Shown: positions 28,931-39,273, counted from the first letter of the stretch. The stretch: 64,000 nucleotides of DNA from Acidobacteriota bacterium (GCA_963663035.1 OY760074.1:896001-960000), one strand, 5' to 3'. Notes: generated by a model not told the origin, from the sequence alone. A program made the numbers and translations.

Positions 28931-29667
28931 CTGACCACGGCCCGCTGACAGCTGACAACAGACTCCAGAAAACAGACCTCAGTCCTCCTACCTCCTACCT
29001 CCTACCTCCCACCTCCCACCTCCTACCTCCTACCTCCTACCTCCCACCTCCTACCTCCCACCTCCCACCTCCCACCTCCTACCTCCCACCTCCTACCTCC
29101 TACCTCCCACCTCCTACCTCCCACCTCCTACCTCCTACCTCCCACCTCCTACCTCCCACCTCCCACCTCCTACCTCCCACCTCCCACCTCCTACCTCCCA
29201 CCTCCTATCCTGGCCACCTCCTCCCACCTCCCACCTCCTCCCACCTCCCACCCCTCCCACCTCCCACCTCCCACCTCCCACCTCCTACCTCCCACCTCCT
29301 ACCTCCTACCTCCTACCTCCTACCTCCTACCTCCCACCTCCTGCCTCCCACCTCCTGCCTCCCACCTCCTGCCTCCCACCTCCTACCTCCCACCTCCCAC
29401 CTCCTCCTCCCACCTCCTACCTCCTACCTCCTACCTCCCACCTCCTACCTCCCACCTCCTACCTCCCACCCCACCTCCTGCCTCCTACCTCCTGCCTCCT
29501 ACCTCCTACCTCCCACCTCCTACCTCCTACCTCCTACCTCCTACCTCCTACCTCCTGCCTCCTACCTCCTCCTCCTACCTCCTACCTCCTACCTCCTACC
29601 TCCTACCTCCTACCTCCTACCTCCTACCTCCTACCTCCTACCTCCTACCTCCTACCTCCTACCTCCT
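28931..29667 (-). repeat. Composite heptamer cassette with ~680-bp (ACCTCCY)n array
   Basis: About 95-100 units of CTCCTAC/CTCCCAC/CTCCTGC at ~28985-29667, with CTGAC-type modules at 28931-28965. Confidence 0.95.
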
Positions 29668-29690
29668 GTCTGTGCTAACATGAGGCCCAG

Positions 29691-31001
29691 ATGAGATGGA
29701 TGCTTCCTTTGGTCCTCTTGCTTTCAGTTTTCCCAGCCCACAGCGAAATACTCAAGGTGAAAATCGACGGGATTATTGATCCCATCACATCAGAATTCAT
29801 TACGGGTGCAGTTGAGGAAGCAGAGGAGGAAGAGGCTGAATTTCTGCTCATCGAGTTGTCCACCCCGGGAGGTCTCGGGGTGTCCATGCAGGAAATCATC
29901 CAAGTTATCCTGAACTCGGAGATACCCATTGTCTGTTATGTGCAGCCCCAGGGCGCACGGGCAGCCTCTGCTGGCTTTTTCATTCTTCTCTCAGCAGACG
30001 TAGCGGCCATGGCTCCCGGGACCAACACTGGAGCAGCTCATCCCGTGTTCCCGTTTGGGATGGAAGACGAGACCATGCTGGAGAAGGTGACCAACGACGC
30101 CCTGGCTAACCTACGGGCCATTGTCAACGAGCGCAACCGAAACTACGAGATGGCCGAGCAAGGTGTCGTGGAGAGCAAGGCCTACACCGCTCGCGAGTCC
30201 CTGGAGGGAGGCCTGATCGATTTAATTGCCGAAAATGAGGAAGAACTCCTCAAGTTGCTCGATGGAAGGGAGATCACTCGCTTTAGTGGGGAACAGCAGA
30301 GGCTATCAACCCAGGGACAGCAGGTCAGGCTGCTGGAGATGACACTTCGCCAGAAGATCCTGTCCACCATCGCCGATCCCAATATGGCGCTGCTTCTGGG
30401 AGTGGTGGGACTCTTGGGGCTCTATCTGGAGTTCACCAACCCCGGTTTGATGGTCCCGGGGGTGGCGGGCGGAATTTGTTTTCTCCTTGCCCTGTTGGGC
30501 TTTTCGCTCCTTCCCATCAATCTCATTGGAGTTCTCTTAGTGCTTCTGGCTATAGGCCTGTTCATAGCCGAATTGACGGTTCAAGGTTTTGGTTTCTTCG
30601 GCGCCGGGGGTATTGTGGCCATGACTATGGGTCTTCTGCTTCTTATTGACGCGCCCAACCCGGAGGTGAGAATTCAGCTGGGGCTTGCCCTGGCGGTAGC
30701 GGTTTCTGTGGCCGCCATAATGCTGTTCTTGGTGCGATTGGCCATTCGATCGCACCTGGCCAGGGTGACCACAGGTCGGGGAGCGCTGGAAGGATTGATC
30801 GCACAGGCCCGTACCGATATTAATCAAGAGGGAGGCAAAGTTTTTCTGCAGGGGGAATGGTGGGAAGCCGTCTCCCAGGAACCCATTTCCAGAGGCAGCA
30901 AGGTTCGGGTTCTGACAGCCGAGAACTTACTTCTGACTGTGGAACCTGATGCACCCTCAGATACACCCTCAAGTGAGGAACCGAGTGATGCGGTGCAGTA
31001 G
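29691..31001 (+). CDS. NfeD-family membrane serine protease
   Basis: TPGG, AASAG and AAMAPGTNTGAAHPV motifs; TM region; OB-fold GEWW. Confidence 0.95.
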   Translation: MRWMLPLVLLLSVFPAHSEILKVKIDGIIDPITSEFITGAVEEAEEEEAEFLLIELSTPGGLGVSMQEIIQVILNSEIPIVCYVQPQGARAASAGFFILLSADVAAMAPGTNTGAAHPVFPFGMEDETMLEKVTNDALANLRAIVNERNRNYEMAEQGVVESKAYTARESLEGGLIDLIAENEEELLKLLDGREITRFSGEQQRLSTQGQQVRLLEMTLRQKILSTIADPNMALLLGVVGLLGLYLEFTNPGLMVPGVAGGICFLLALLGFSLLPINLIGVLLVLLAIGLFIAELTVQGFGFFGAGGIVAMTMGLLLLIDAPNPEVRIQLGLALAVAVSVAAIMLFLVRLAIRSHLARVTTGRGALEGLIAQARTDINQEGGKVFLQGEWWEAVSQEPISRGSKVRVLTAENLLLTVEPDAPSDTPSSEEPSDAVQ

Positions 31002-31034
31002 TCCACCGTAGCCTTATTGCTCAGTTGTTAGGAA

Positions 31035-31808
31035 ATGGAGGTTTCAATGCTCTATCTCATTCCGATTGTCATCCTGGCTCTCTATCTCTTCTCCGTCATT
31101 CACGTCCTGCGGGAATATGAAAGGGGCGTGATCTTCCGTTTGGGCAGGCTTTTACCTGAGCCAAAGGGCCCGGGCCTGATTTTTGTTTTCTGGCCCATCG
31201 ATCGCATGGAAAAGGTGAGCCTGCGCACGGTGACCTACGATGTGCCTTCTCAGGATGTGATCACCCGCGACAACGTTACGGTCAAGGTCAACGCCATCGT
31301 CTATTTCCGTGTGGTGGATTCCAGCAAGGCAATTGTCACCGTTGAGAATTATCTTTATGCCACCTCTCAGCTGGCTCAGACAACCTTGAGGTCGGTCCTG
31401 GGGGAGGTGGAGCTGGATGATCTTCTCAGCAAGCGGGAGGAATTGAATGAGCGGTTACAGACCATCTTGGACCAGTCGACCGATCCCTGGGGGATCAAGG
31501 TCTCGATGGTGGAGGTGAAAACCGTAGACCTGCCCTCGGAAATGCAGCGAGCCATGGCAAGACAGGCTGAGGCTGAACGTGAAAAGCGGGCCAAAATCAT
31601 TCACGCCGATGGAGAATTTCAGGCGGCCGAGCAACTCCTGGAGGCGGCCAGGACCTTGGCCAAGGAACCCCTGACCATTCAACTTCGCTATCTGTCGACA
31701 CTGACCGAGATTGGCATGGAGCAGAATTCCGTCATCGTTTTTCCCCTGCCCATCGATCTGATCAGTGGTCTTTTGAGCGGTTCCCAGCCGGCTCAGAAAG
31801 AAAGGTAG
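31035..31808 (+). CDS. Slipin/SPFH (stomatin-like) protein
   Basis: [20 protein letters not shown] and [15 protein letters not shown] motifs. Confidence 0.96.
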   Translation: MEVSMLYLIPIVILALYLFSVIHVLREYERGVIFRLGRLLPEPKGPGLIFVFWPIDRMEKVSLRTVTYDVPSQDVITRDNVTVKVNAIVYFRVVDSSKAIVTVENYLYATSQLAQTTLRSVLGEVELDDLLSKREELNERLQTILDQSTDPWGIKVSMVEVKTVDLPSEMQRAMARQAEAEREKRAKIIHADGEFQAAEQLLEAARTLAKEPLTIQLRYLSTLTEIGMEQNSVIVFPLPIDLISGLLSGSQPAQKER

Positions 31809-31955
31809 CCCGAATTATGCATAAATTTTCTGCTGCAGTGTCGCAATCATCCGCGCTGACGGCGTTGTGCGACCCGCAAGCGGGTACCCCTTCACACGCC
31901 TTGTCATCGCGGCGCTTGCGCCACTTCGCTACGAAAACCTATGCATAATACGGGC
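31808..31955. mobile_element. MITE-like element, end type A (short, 148 bp)
   Basis: TIRs GCCCGAATTATGCATAAATTTTC / GCCCGTATTATGCATAGGTTTTC; begins in the slipin TAG stop. Confidence 0.82.
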
Positions 31956-31965
31956 CAGCTAGCCT

Positions 31966-32535
31966 ATGGGTAGGAAAGCCAAACTGAGTCCCCGCGAATC
32001 CATGGCTCTTTATGGGGTGGTCTTGGGTTTCATTTTTCTCTTCTACACGCTGGGGCTCTTCCTGGGAAGGGATCATTTCGTGGAAGCCAGGACGACTGAT
32101 GGAGGATTCTCCCTTCCAGATATATCTGTCCAGGATCTCCAGCCAGACCTGGATTTCTACCAGGATTTGATGCTTCCAGCCCAGCCCGAGCAGGAGAGTA
32201 CACCGTCAGCGGACGCCTCCTCGGTTGCAGCAGAGGTGTCCAGGGAGGACCCAGCAGAGCCGCCGGTAGACACCAGTCCAAGCTCTGCAGAGCCTTACAC
32301 GGTGCAGGTGGGGGCTTTCACGGCTGAAGTGGATGCCAGGCAGATTCTGGTTCGCCTCGAGGCCAAGGGCTATTCGGGTGCACTGCGGCCTTCTTCCAGC
32401 CAAGACCCGTACTACCGTGTCTGGGTGGGCGAGTTTAGAACTGTGGAAGAAGTCGGAGAGATGAACGAGTTGCTTCGACAGGATGGCTTTTTAACCTACA
32501 TTAGAAAGGTCCCGGCTTCGAGTCCGACCTATTGA
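31966..32535 (+). CDS. SPOR-domain protein
   Basis: N-terminal TM, linker and YTVQVGAF...YYRVWVG. Confidence 0.9.
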   Translation: MGRKAKLSPRESMALYGVVLGFIFLFYTLGLFLGRDHFVEARTTDGGFSLPDISVQDLQPDLDFYQDLMLPAQPEQESTPSADASSVAAEVSREDPAEPPVDTSPSSAEPYTVQVGAFTAEVDARQILVRLEAKGYSGALRPSSSQDPYYRVWVGEFRTVEEVGEMNELLRQDGFLTYIRKVPASSPTY

Positions 32536-32539
32536 GTTT

Positions 32540-32800
32540 TAACCCGCACTCCCCACACCCGCTCTACTGCATCGGCGCAATGCTTCGACCTGACAGCGTT
32601 GCACGACCCGCAAGCGGGTACCCCTCGCCTCCTCAACGTACTCAAGAGTACGTTTGCGGGGGCCGACCCGTGGCGGGTACCCCTCGCGCGCCAGTCGGAG
32701 CCGCAGGCTTTAGCCTGCGGGCCCGTGGGCTAAAGCCCACGGCTCTGTTTTCCGGTCCTTTCGCCGCTTCGCTACGACCTGGTGTGAGAAATGCGGGTTA
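32540..32800. mobile_element. MITE-like element, end type D
   Basis: TIRs TAACCCGCACTCCCCACACC / TAACCCGCATTTCTCACACC; interior nearly identical to 15050-15230. Confidence 0.82.
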
Positions 32801-34320
32801 GTCTCTTCCATGGTGGGATGCTGTCCCTGGTCTCGGGGATTGCACTTTGGCTTTCCTTCCACCATTCCATCTTCTTTCCTCTGGCTTGGATTGCCCTCAT
32901 TCCCTATCTCTCCTTTCTTTTGAAAAAGCCCTCCTGGAATTCAGTGCTCATAGGCAATGGGGTGATGGCGCTGGCTTATCTGGGAGGTGTCTTGTACTGG
33001 ATTCCCCGGGTTTTGGTGGTTTACGGAAACCTGAGCTGGACGCTGTCCCTGGTGGCTTTTCTGCTCATGCTGCTCCTCTTGAGTCTGTTTCTATTGCCTT
33101 TCTCCCTGTTGACCCGTTGGACGGCCGGGAAATCCGTCTCGGTGGCTCTCTTGTGCATCCCCGGGTACTGGCTTTTGACTGAACTGTGCCGAAACTATTT
33201 CCTCATCAATGGATTTCCCTGGGCCCTGCTCGGGTATTCCCAGTACCCCTATTCCTGGATTATCCAGGTGGCGGATCTGGCTGGAGTGTATCTGGTTTCC
33301 TTACTGGTGATGGCTGGCAACGCTGCCATATTAGGGACTTTCTGGTTGAAGTCCCTCCGGCCTCTGGTGATTTTCGCAGCCGTTTTTCTGGCTGCCAATC
33401 TTTACGGCGCATACCGCCTGCATTTTTGGCAGCCCGAGTCAGGACCTGCCCTCCAGGTAGCTTTGGTCCAGCCCAATATCGGGCTGACGGAAGAGATGGA
33501 ACATTACGCAGGAAAGTATTTCAACACCCTGGCAGAGTATTTCCAGCAGGCGGTGGATGGTGGTGCCCAGTGGGTGATTTTTCCAGAGGCTCCCAATCCC
33601 TATGTGTATGAGGAGGATTTTTATTTCACCACTTTCTGGCAGCGGCAGACCTCTACCCATGAGGCCTACCTGCTCTTTAACACGACACTGGTGGAGAGGA
33701 ACCCTGAATTTCAATACTTCAACAGCGCCGTGCTTCTCAGCCCGCAGGGCAAAGAGGCCTATCGCTACCACAAAACACATCTTGTTCCGTTTGGAGAATA
33801 TGTCCCATTTTCCAACTGGTTTGGAACGTTCTTTGAACCGCTCGTCCAGGAGGTGGGTGGGTTTTCGCCTGGCCAGGAGCTTTCAACCGGCAGCATCTCC
33901 GGCACTCAGTTCGCCACTCTGATTTGTTATGAGGCAATCTTTCCGGAGCTCAGCCGGCAGAGTGTCCGCCAAGGGGCGGAAGTTCTGGTGAATATCACAA
34001 ACGACTCCTGGTTTGGCCGCACTGCCGCTCCCAGCCAACATTTACACATGGCCGCTTTCCGTGCCATTGAGACCCGTAAGCCTCTTCTTCGCAGTGCCAA
34101 CAGCGGTTATTCGGTCGTCATCGATTACCTGGGTCGAGAAGGCCAGAAGATGGGGCTGTTCGAAGAAGGGATGTTTATCGCCGAAGTTGCCGGGAACAAC
34201 TACCGTTCTCTTTACTCTTATACAGGGGAATGGATTAATATATTCATTATAGGAGTTGCACTCCTGTTGCCTTTAGGGGCAGGCTTACAAGGATTTGCTC
34301 GTCAAAGATCGAAGAAGTGA
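32791..34320 (+). CDS. lnt: Apolipoprotein N-acyltransferase
   Basis: GFPWALLGYSQ, FPE, KTHLVPFGEYVP, ICYE and NITNDSWFG motifs; the start may be ATG 32818. Confidence 0.96.
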   Translation: MRVSLFHGGMLSLVSGIALWLSFHHSIFFPLAWIALIPYLSFLLKKPSWNSVLIGNGVMALAYLGGVLYWIPRVLVVYGNLSWTLSLVAFLLMLLLLSLFLLPFSLLTRWTAGKSVSVALLCIPGYWLLTELCRNYFLINGFPWALLGYSQYPYSWIIQVADLAGVYLVSLLVMAGNAAILGTFWLKSLRPLVIFAAVFLAANLYGAYRLHFWQPESGPALQVALVQPNIGLTEEMEHYAGKYFNTLAEYFQQAVDGGAQWVIFPEAPNPYVYEEDFYFTTFWQRQTSTHEAYLLFNTTLVERNPEFQYFNSAVLLSPQGKEAYRYHKTHLVPFGEYVPFSNWFGTFFEPLVQEVGGFSPGQELSTGSISGTQFATLICYEAIFPELSRQSVRQGAEVLVNITNDSWFGRTAAPSQHLHMAAFRAIETRKPLLRSANSGYSVVIDYLGREGQKMGLFEEGMFIAEVAGNNYRSLYSYTGEWINIFIIGVALLLPLGAGLQGFARQRSKK

Positions 34321-35442
34321 AAACTGTGGAAGACGTTCAGGAACGGTACAACGATTTAAAAAAGCGGATCGCTCACCTCTGGGAGTATCTTTGACGTAGA
34401 AGGAAAGCGCACCGAGCTGGGGGAAATCGAGGTGCAGATGTCCAAACCTACCTTCTGGGAGAACCCTGAGGATTCACAGAAGAAACTCTTACAAAGGCGA
34501 AGTCAGCTGGAAGACAGTCTAAGTCTGGCCGAGCAGTATCAAAGTTCCCTGGGTGATCTGGGCGCCTGGATCGAGTTGTACGATGAGGGTGAGGAGGTCA
34601 CTGCGGATCTTCAAAAAGGACTTTCAAATCTGGAAAAGAGCCTCTCGGAGACCGAATTACAGACTCTTCTGTCCGGTCCCCACGATCGGAACCCTTCCAT
34701 CGTCACAATCCATCCGGGCGCCGGTGGGACGGAGAGCCAGGACTGGGCTGAGATGCTGCTGCGGATGTACTTGCGGTGGGCTGAACGGCGCGGTTATCGC
34801 ACAGAAATAACCGACTACCAGGCGGGTGAAGAGGCAGGGCTGAAATCCGTCACCTTTCTGGTGGAGGGGGAATTTGCCTACGGTTATCTGGCGGCGGAAA
34901 TAGGGGTCCATCGGCTGGTCCGTATTTCCCCTTACGACGCTGCTGGGAGGCGGCACACTTCATTTGCTTCAGTATTCGTCACCCCCGAGGTCGAGGAAGA
35001 GGCGGACGTTCAGATCGACGAAAAGGATCTCAGGATTGATACCTATCGATCATCAGGCGCGGGTGGACAACATGTCAACGTGACCGACTCAGCGGTTCGC
35101 ATTACCCATCTTCCCAGCGGGATTGTCGTGCAGTGTCAGAATGAGCGCTCCCAGCACCGCAATAAGTCCACGGCCATGAAAATCCTCAAGTCCAGACTCT
35201 ATGAGCTGGAGATGGAAAAGAAGCAAAAGGAATTGGATCAACTGGAAGATAATAAAGCCGAGATCGCTTGGGGGAGCCAGATTCGATCTTATGTTCTCCA
35301 CCCCTATCGGCTGGTGAAGGATCATCGAACCAAACTGGAATACGGAGATGTCGATTCCATTCTCAATGGGCACCTGGATAGCTTCATCAACGAGTTCCTG
35401 AAACAAAAGAGTGAAAAAAAGAGTAAGGGAGCCCAGCGCTAA
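34317..35442 (+). CDS. prfB: Peptide chain release factor 2 (programmed +1 frameshift)
   Basis: GTG 34317 ... GGGAG-TAT-CTT-TGA-C at 34381-34395; SPY and GGQ motifs. Confidence 0.97.
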
Positions 35443-36170
35443 TGCAGGAATCAGAAGACAAGAAAACAGAAGCGGAAGACTCCAGCTCGCCCACCGTCAG
35501 CTCTGAGGATCTGAAGGAACAGGCGCAATTGTTTCGCGAGCTGGTCAAAGCTCAGCCGCCGGAAGTCTTTGAGCGCCCTTTGCCCGGTTGGAAGGAGAAT
35601 GTGTACCTGGGTCTGGTTTTCGCCGTGCTCTGTCTGGTGGTGTTTCTGTTGATAGCCAGCAGTAGCCGTCGCCAGCTGATCGCTTCAGCAGGGGAAAGAT
35701 GGAATCGCATGTCAGGAGCCGAGCAAGACGAGATCTTCAGGTTACCTCCGCCTCCACCCCAGGCGGTCCAGACGCGAGTCCGGATCGCAGGTGACACGAT
35801 CGTGGCTGCTGACGATGAGGACCAACCGATGGGTGTGCTTTTCTGGAATCAAACACCTACTTCGCCTGGGAGGAGGGAGCAGACTGAAGCTCCGGTGGTG
35901 CTGGCCCAGAACCCTCTCAATGAAGCCGCCTATGACCTCCTGAGGGAAACCGGGGAGGTCGCCGGGGAGCTCAGTGAAAACAAGCTTCCAGAGTTTGAAT
36001 TCAAAGGCTGGAGGTCGGTAAAAGATGACCTGCCGGAGTTCTGGATCGATCTGGTTGTGACGCGTCGCTCTGACGGACAGGAAGTCCATCTGATCTGGTC
36101 CGTCAACACAGAGACCAATCGAATCACGGCTCTCAGTCAGGCCGCCCGAGATCTGGAAGCCTCCCGATGA
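35442..36170 (+). CDS. Hypothetical single-TM protein
   Basis: 242-aa ORF coupled to the prfB stop (TAATG); one hydrophobic helix. Confidence 0.75.
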   Translation: MQESEDKKTEAEDSSSPTVSSEDLKEQAQLFRELVKAQPPEVFERPLPGWKENVYLGLVFAVLCLVVFLLIASSSRRQLIASAGERWNRMSGAEQDEIFRLPPPPPQAVQTRVRIAGDTIVAADDEDQPMGVLFWNQTPTSPGRREQTEAPVVLAQNPLNEAAYDLLRETGEVAGELSENKLPEFEFKGWRSVKDDLPEFWIDLVVTRRSDGQEVHLIWSVNTETNRITALSQAARDLEASR

Positions 36171-36247
36171 GAAACGTCAGCGGCCTTTACGGCAGTTGCA
36201 AATAGCCGTAAACTCAAGCCAGTAAACACGGTGGAGACTCGTACAAA

Positions 36248-37231
36248 GTGAGCCGGTCCAAGGAAACAACCAAATCCCCAGAAATCGAAGAAGAACTGGA
36301 AGTTTTCTCTCAATATCTCAAGAACAGCGGACGCAAGATGACGCGTCAGCGGCGGAGGGTGGTGGAAAGCTTTCTTTCAGCGGGCGGACATTTGAGCACC
36401 GAGGAACTCTATCAACTGGTCAAGAAGACAGATCCCAAGCTGGGCTTTGTGACAGTTTTCAGAACCCTGAAGACTTTGGCGGAGTGTGGGTTGGCTCGGG
36501 AGACCGATCTCCATGACGGGCGCACCCGCTTTGAACATACCTACAAGCGTCCCCACCATCATCACATCGTGTGCCTTGAATGTGAGCGCACCATTGAGTT
36601 CCTGAGCCCCGAGAGTGAACGAATTCAGGACGAGATTATTTCCAAATACGGTTTCAGGCCGGTGAGCCATAACCTGCAGATCTTTGGGGTCTGCCCGGAC
36701 TGTCAGAAAAAGCAGAAGACCCGGCAGAACATTGTGGATTCCGATCTGGTCTTTGCCCGAGATGCTTTAAAAATTGCCATGGCCACCGAGAAAAGAGGTG
36801 TGAGCTTCTACCGGACCGCGTCACAAATCGTCACTCACGCCTCCACAAAGCAGACTTTTCTGGGGATGCTCGATGAGGAAAAGAAGCATTTACGGAAACT
36901 GGAAAAAGAGTGGAAAGTGCTCATGAAAAGGGACAGAAATCTGCTGGCGGCACCCGTGTTCCTGCACTTCGACTATGAAGCTCTGAAGAACATCTTTCCC
37001 TCCCGAACCGAGACTCAGAAAAGGCTCAAAACCAGTCTTCGCGAGATCGATGCCCTTGAGCTGGCCATGAAGATGGAGTTGGAGGCCTATCAATTTTTCT
37101 CTGAGTATGCCGAGGGATTCAATGATACCAAGGGGAAAGACATCTTCCTGCGATTTGCCACCGAAGAACAGGAACACTACAGCCTGATCAAGGAAGAATT
37201 GGAAAAGTTAGTGAAACAGCAGGGTGAGTGA
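36248..37231 (+). CDS. Fur-family regulator fused to a rubrerythrin/ferritin-like domain
   Basis: TVFRTL, HHHHIVCLEC and GVCPDC, followed by AMATE..GVSFY...EEKKH and AMKME..AYQFF...EEQEH. Confidence 0.9.
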   Translation: MSRSKETTKSPEIEEELEVFSQYLKNSGRKMTRQRRRVVESFLSAGGHLSTEELYQLVKKTDPKLGFVTVFRTLKTLAECGLARETDLHDGRTRFEHTYKRPHHHHIVCLECERTIEFLSPESERIQDEIISKYGFRPVSHNLQIFGVCPDCQKKQKTRQNIVDSDLVFARDALKIAMATEKRGVSFYRTASQIVTHASTKQTFLGMLDEEKKHLRKLEKEWKVLMKRDRNLLAAPVFLHFDYEALKNIFPSRTETQKRLKTSLREIDALELAMKMELEAYQFFSEYAEGFNDTKGKDIFLRFATEEQEHYSLIKEELEKLVKQQGE

Positions 37232-37242
37232 ATGGCAGGGTG

Positions 37243-37430
37243 AAAGTTCCAAATCCTAAATCTCAAATTCCAAACAAATTCTAAATTCCAAACTCCAAAA
37301 TTCAAACCTCTCGGGTCAAGACTTTTGCTTCGGCAAGCGGTCCTTTTGGATGGTTTTCGTGGTTTGAATCTGTTTGTGCCTTGTTATTTGTGATTTGTTT
37401 GGAATTTGGGATTTGGAATTTGTAATTTCC
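37243..37430. repeat. Inverted heptamer arrays (AAATYCC-like)n ... (GGRATTT-like)n
   Basis: Arms at ~37243-37307 and ~37362-37430 are complementary. Confidence 0.85.
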
Positions 37431-37477
37431 ACAGGCTCCCGGCCGGCTGTGACAGAGCCGGTTGCTAAAATCGACAT

Positions 37478-39184
37478 GTGAAGTATCGCTGGAGTCTTTT
37501 TTCGAGCCTTCCTCAACAAATCCAATTGCTTGCAACTGAGCTGGGAGTTTCTCCTCTGCTGGCTCAATTGCTCCTTCAGCGGGGCTTCGAGGATCCTGAT
37601 CAAGCTGGGAGATTCCTCAGGCCCAGTTTGCAGGATCTCCATGATCCCTACCTGATGAAAGATATGGATCTCGTGGTGGAACGGATTCTGCAAGCCCGCG
37701 ACCTGGGTGAGAAGATCCTGATCTATGGAGATTATGATGTCGATGGAATCACCTCTACCGTGGTTTTGAAGCGGGCGCTGGAGATGCTGGGTGCAGCAGT
37801 CGGTTTTTACTTACCCCGGCGTCTGGAGGAGGGATACGGCATCAAGAAGGATGTGTTGAAGAAGGCGCGCGCGGATGGCTATGCTCTGGTCATCACCGTC
37901 GACAACGGGATACGAGCCTTGGAGGCGGCGGATTTGGCCCGTGAGTTGGGGCTCGAACTGATTGTCACGGATCATCATTTACCGGACAGCTCATTGCCCT
38001 CGGCCTATGCCATTTTGAATCCACACCGGCCAGATTGCCTGTACCCCGACAAGGATCTTGCTGCCGTGGGGGTAGTCTTCAAACTGGTTCAAGCCCTTTT
38101 CCAAAAAGTTGGGAGAGCAAGGATCCTACGGCATTTCTTGAAACTGGTTGCCATTGGAACCGTTGCCGACGTGGTTCCTCTGGTGGGAGAAAATCGCATC
38201 TTTGTGCGGTTCGGTCTGGAAGGATTGGCAGATCCGCAGAATCCTGGGCTCAAAGCCCTTCTCCGGGGCGCTGGGGTGAATGGTGAAGTGACCTGGTCTG
38301 ATGTGGGCTTCAAACTCGCACCTCGAATCAATGCTGTGACTCGGATGGGTGGTGGTTCTGAGGTGGTGGATCTGTTCAGTGAAGATGATCAGACCAATGC
38401 CCAGGCGATTGTGCAGGAAATGAATGCCAAGAACTCCCTTAGACAGCAGGAGGAAAGGAATATTCTGGCCGAGATTGAAGATCGAATAGGGCGGGACCCC
38501 TCGGCCTTTGAAGGGAAGTTTCTGACAGTGGCTGGCCAGCACTGGCATCGCGGGGTGATCGGCATTGTCGCCTCTCGGCTGGTGGAGCGCTTTTGCCGCC
38601 CTGTGCTGGTTCTGTCGATTGAAGATTCTTTCTGTCAGGGCTCGGGACGAAGTATCCCTGGCTTCAATCTCCTGGAGGCTTTGGATGAGTGCCGTGATCT
38701 CTTTGTGCAATATGGGGGTCATGCTCAGGCAGTTGGCTGCCGACTTGCTGAGGAGAATTGTAGGCCAGAAAAAGTGGAGGAGCTCGCCCGTCGTCTGGAA
38801 AGCCATGCTGTCGCAAAGTTGCCTTCAGAGGACCTGGTTCCTTCTCTCCGCATTGAAAGTTTCCTACCCGCTGAAGAAATTTCCCTCTCCCTCTATCAAG
38901 TCATAGAGCAACTGGCTCCTTTCGGTAAGGGAAACCCTGACCCGGTATTCGCATCAAAGAAGATGAGGATTGTGGGCGGACCATGGGTGCTGAAGGACCA
39001 GCACTTAAAATTTCAGGTTCAGTGCAATGGCTCTCGCGTTGATGCCATCTGGTGGAAAAATGGAGCTCTCGCTGATACTATTACCACTGGATCTCAGGTC
39101 GATTTGGCCTATACCATGAGCCGGGATACTTACCTGGGAAGGAATAAGTTGCTGCTGACCATCCGTGATATGCACCTGCCTTGA
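37478..39184 (+). CDS. recJ: ssDNA exonuclease RecJ
   Basis: YGDYDVDG, TVDNG, TDHH and GGHAQA motifs. Confidence 0.97.
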   Translation: MKYRWSLFSSLPQQIQLLATELGVSPLLAQLLLQRGFEDPDQAGRFLRPSLQDLHDPYLMKDMDLVVERILQARDLGEKILIYGDYDVDGITSTVVLKRALEMLGAAVGFYLPRRLEEGYGIKKDVLKKARADGYALVITVDNGIRALEAADLARELGLELIVTDHHLPDSSLPSAYAILNPHRPDCLYPDKDLAAVGVVFKLVQALFQKVGRARILRHFLKLVAIGTVADVVPLVGENRIFVRFGLEGLADPQNPGLKALLRGAGVNGEVTWSDVGFKLAPRINAVTRMGGGSEVVDLFSEDDQTNAQAIVQEMNAKNSLRQQEERNILAEIEDRIGRDPSAFEGKFLTVAGQHWHRGVIGIVASRLVERFCRPVLVLSIEDSFCQGSGRSIPGFNLLEALDECRDLFVQYGGHAQAVGCRLAEENCRPEKVEELARRLESHAVAKLPSEDLVPSLRIESFLPAEEISLSLYQVIEQLAPFGKGNPDPVFASKKMRIVGGPWVLKDQHLKFQVQCNGSRVDAIWWKNGALADTITTGSQVDLAYTMSRDTYLGRNKLLLTIRDMHLP

Positions 39185-39262
39185 AGGAATTCGGAATTCG
39201 GGGACTGGCGCAAGAATTCTCCCAGAATTCGGGGCCTGTCCCAAGATTTCCGAATGCCTTTC
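39183..39262. repeat. REP-like intergenic hairpin
   Basis: GAAGGAATTCGGAA..GGGGACTGG ... CCTGTCCC..TTCCGAATGCCTTTC inverted arms; resembles the palindrome at 19157. Confidence 0.55.
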
Positions 39263-39273
39263 GTGAAAAGGGT

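Noticed and set aside
28985-29667. Possible CRISPR array
   Set aside because: Contiguous 7-mers without unique spacers; no cas genes in the window.
28912-29694. 260-aa PPTSYLL-repeat ORF
   Set aside because: It is the translation of the 7-nt array, which lacks stops in this frame. It overlaps both divergent promoters, and there is no evidence of coding selection.
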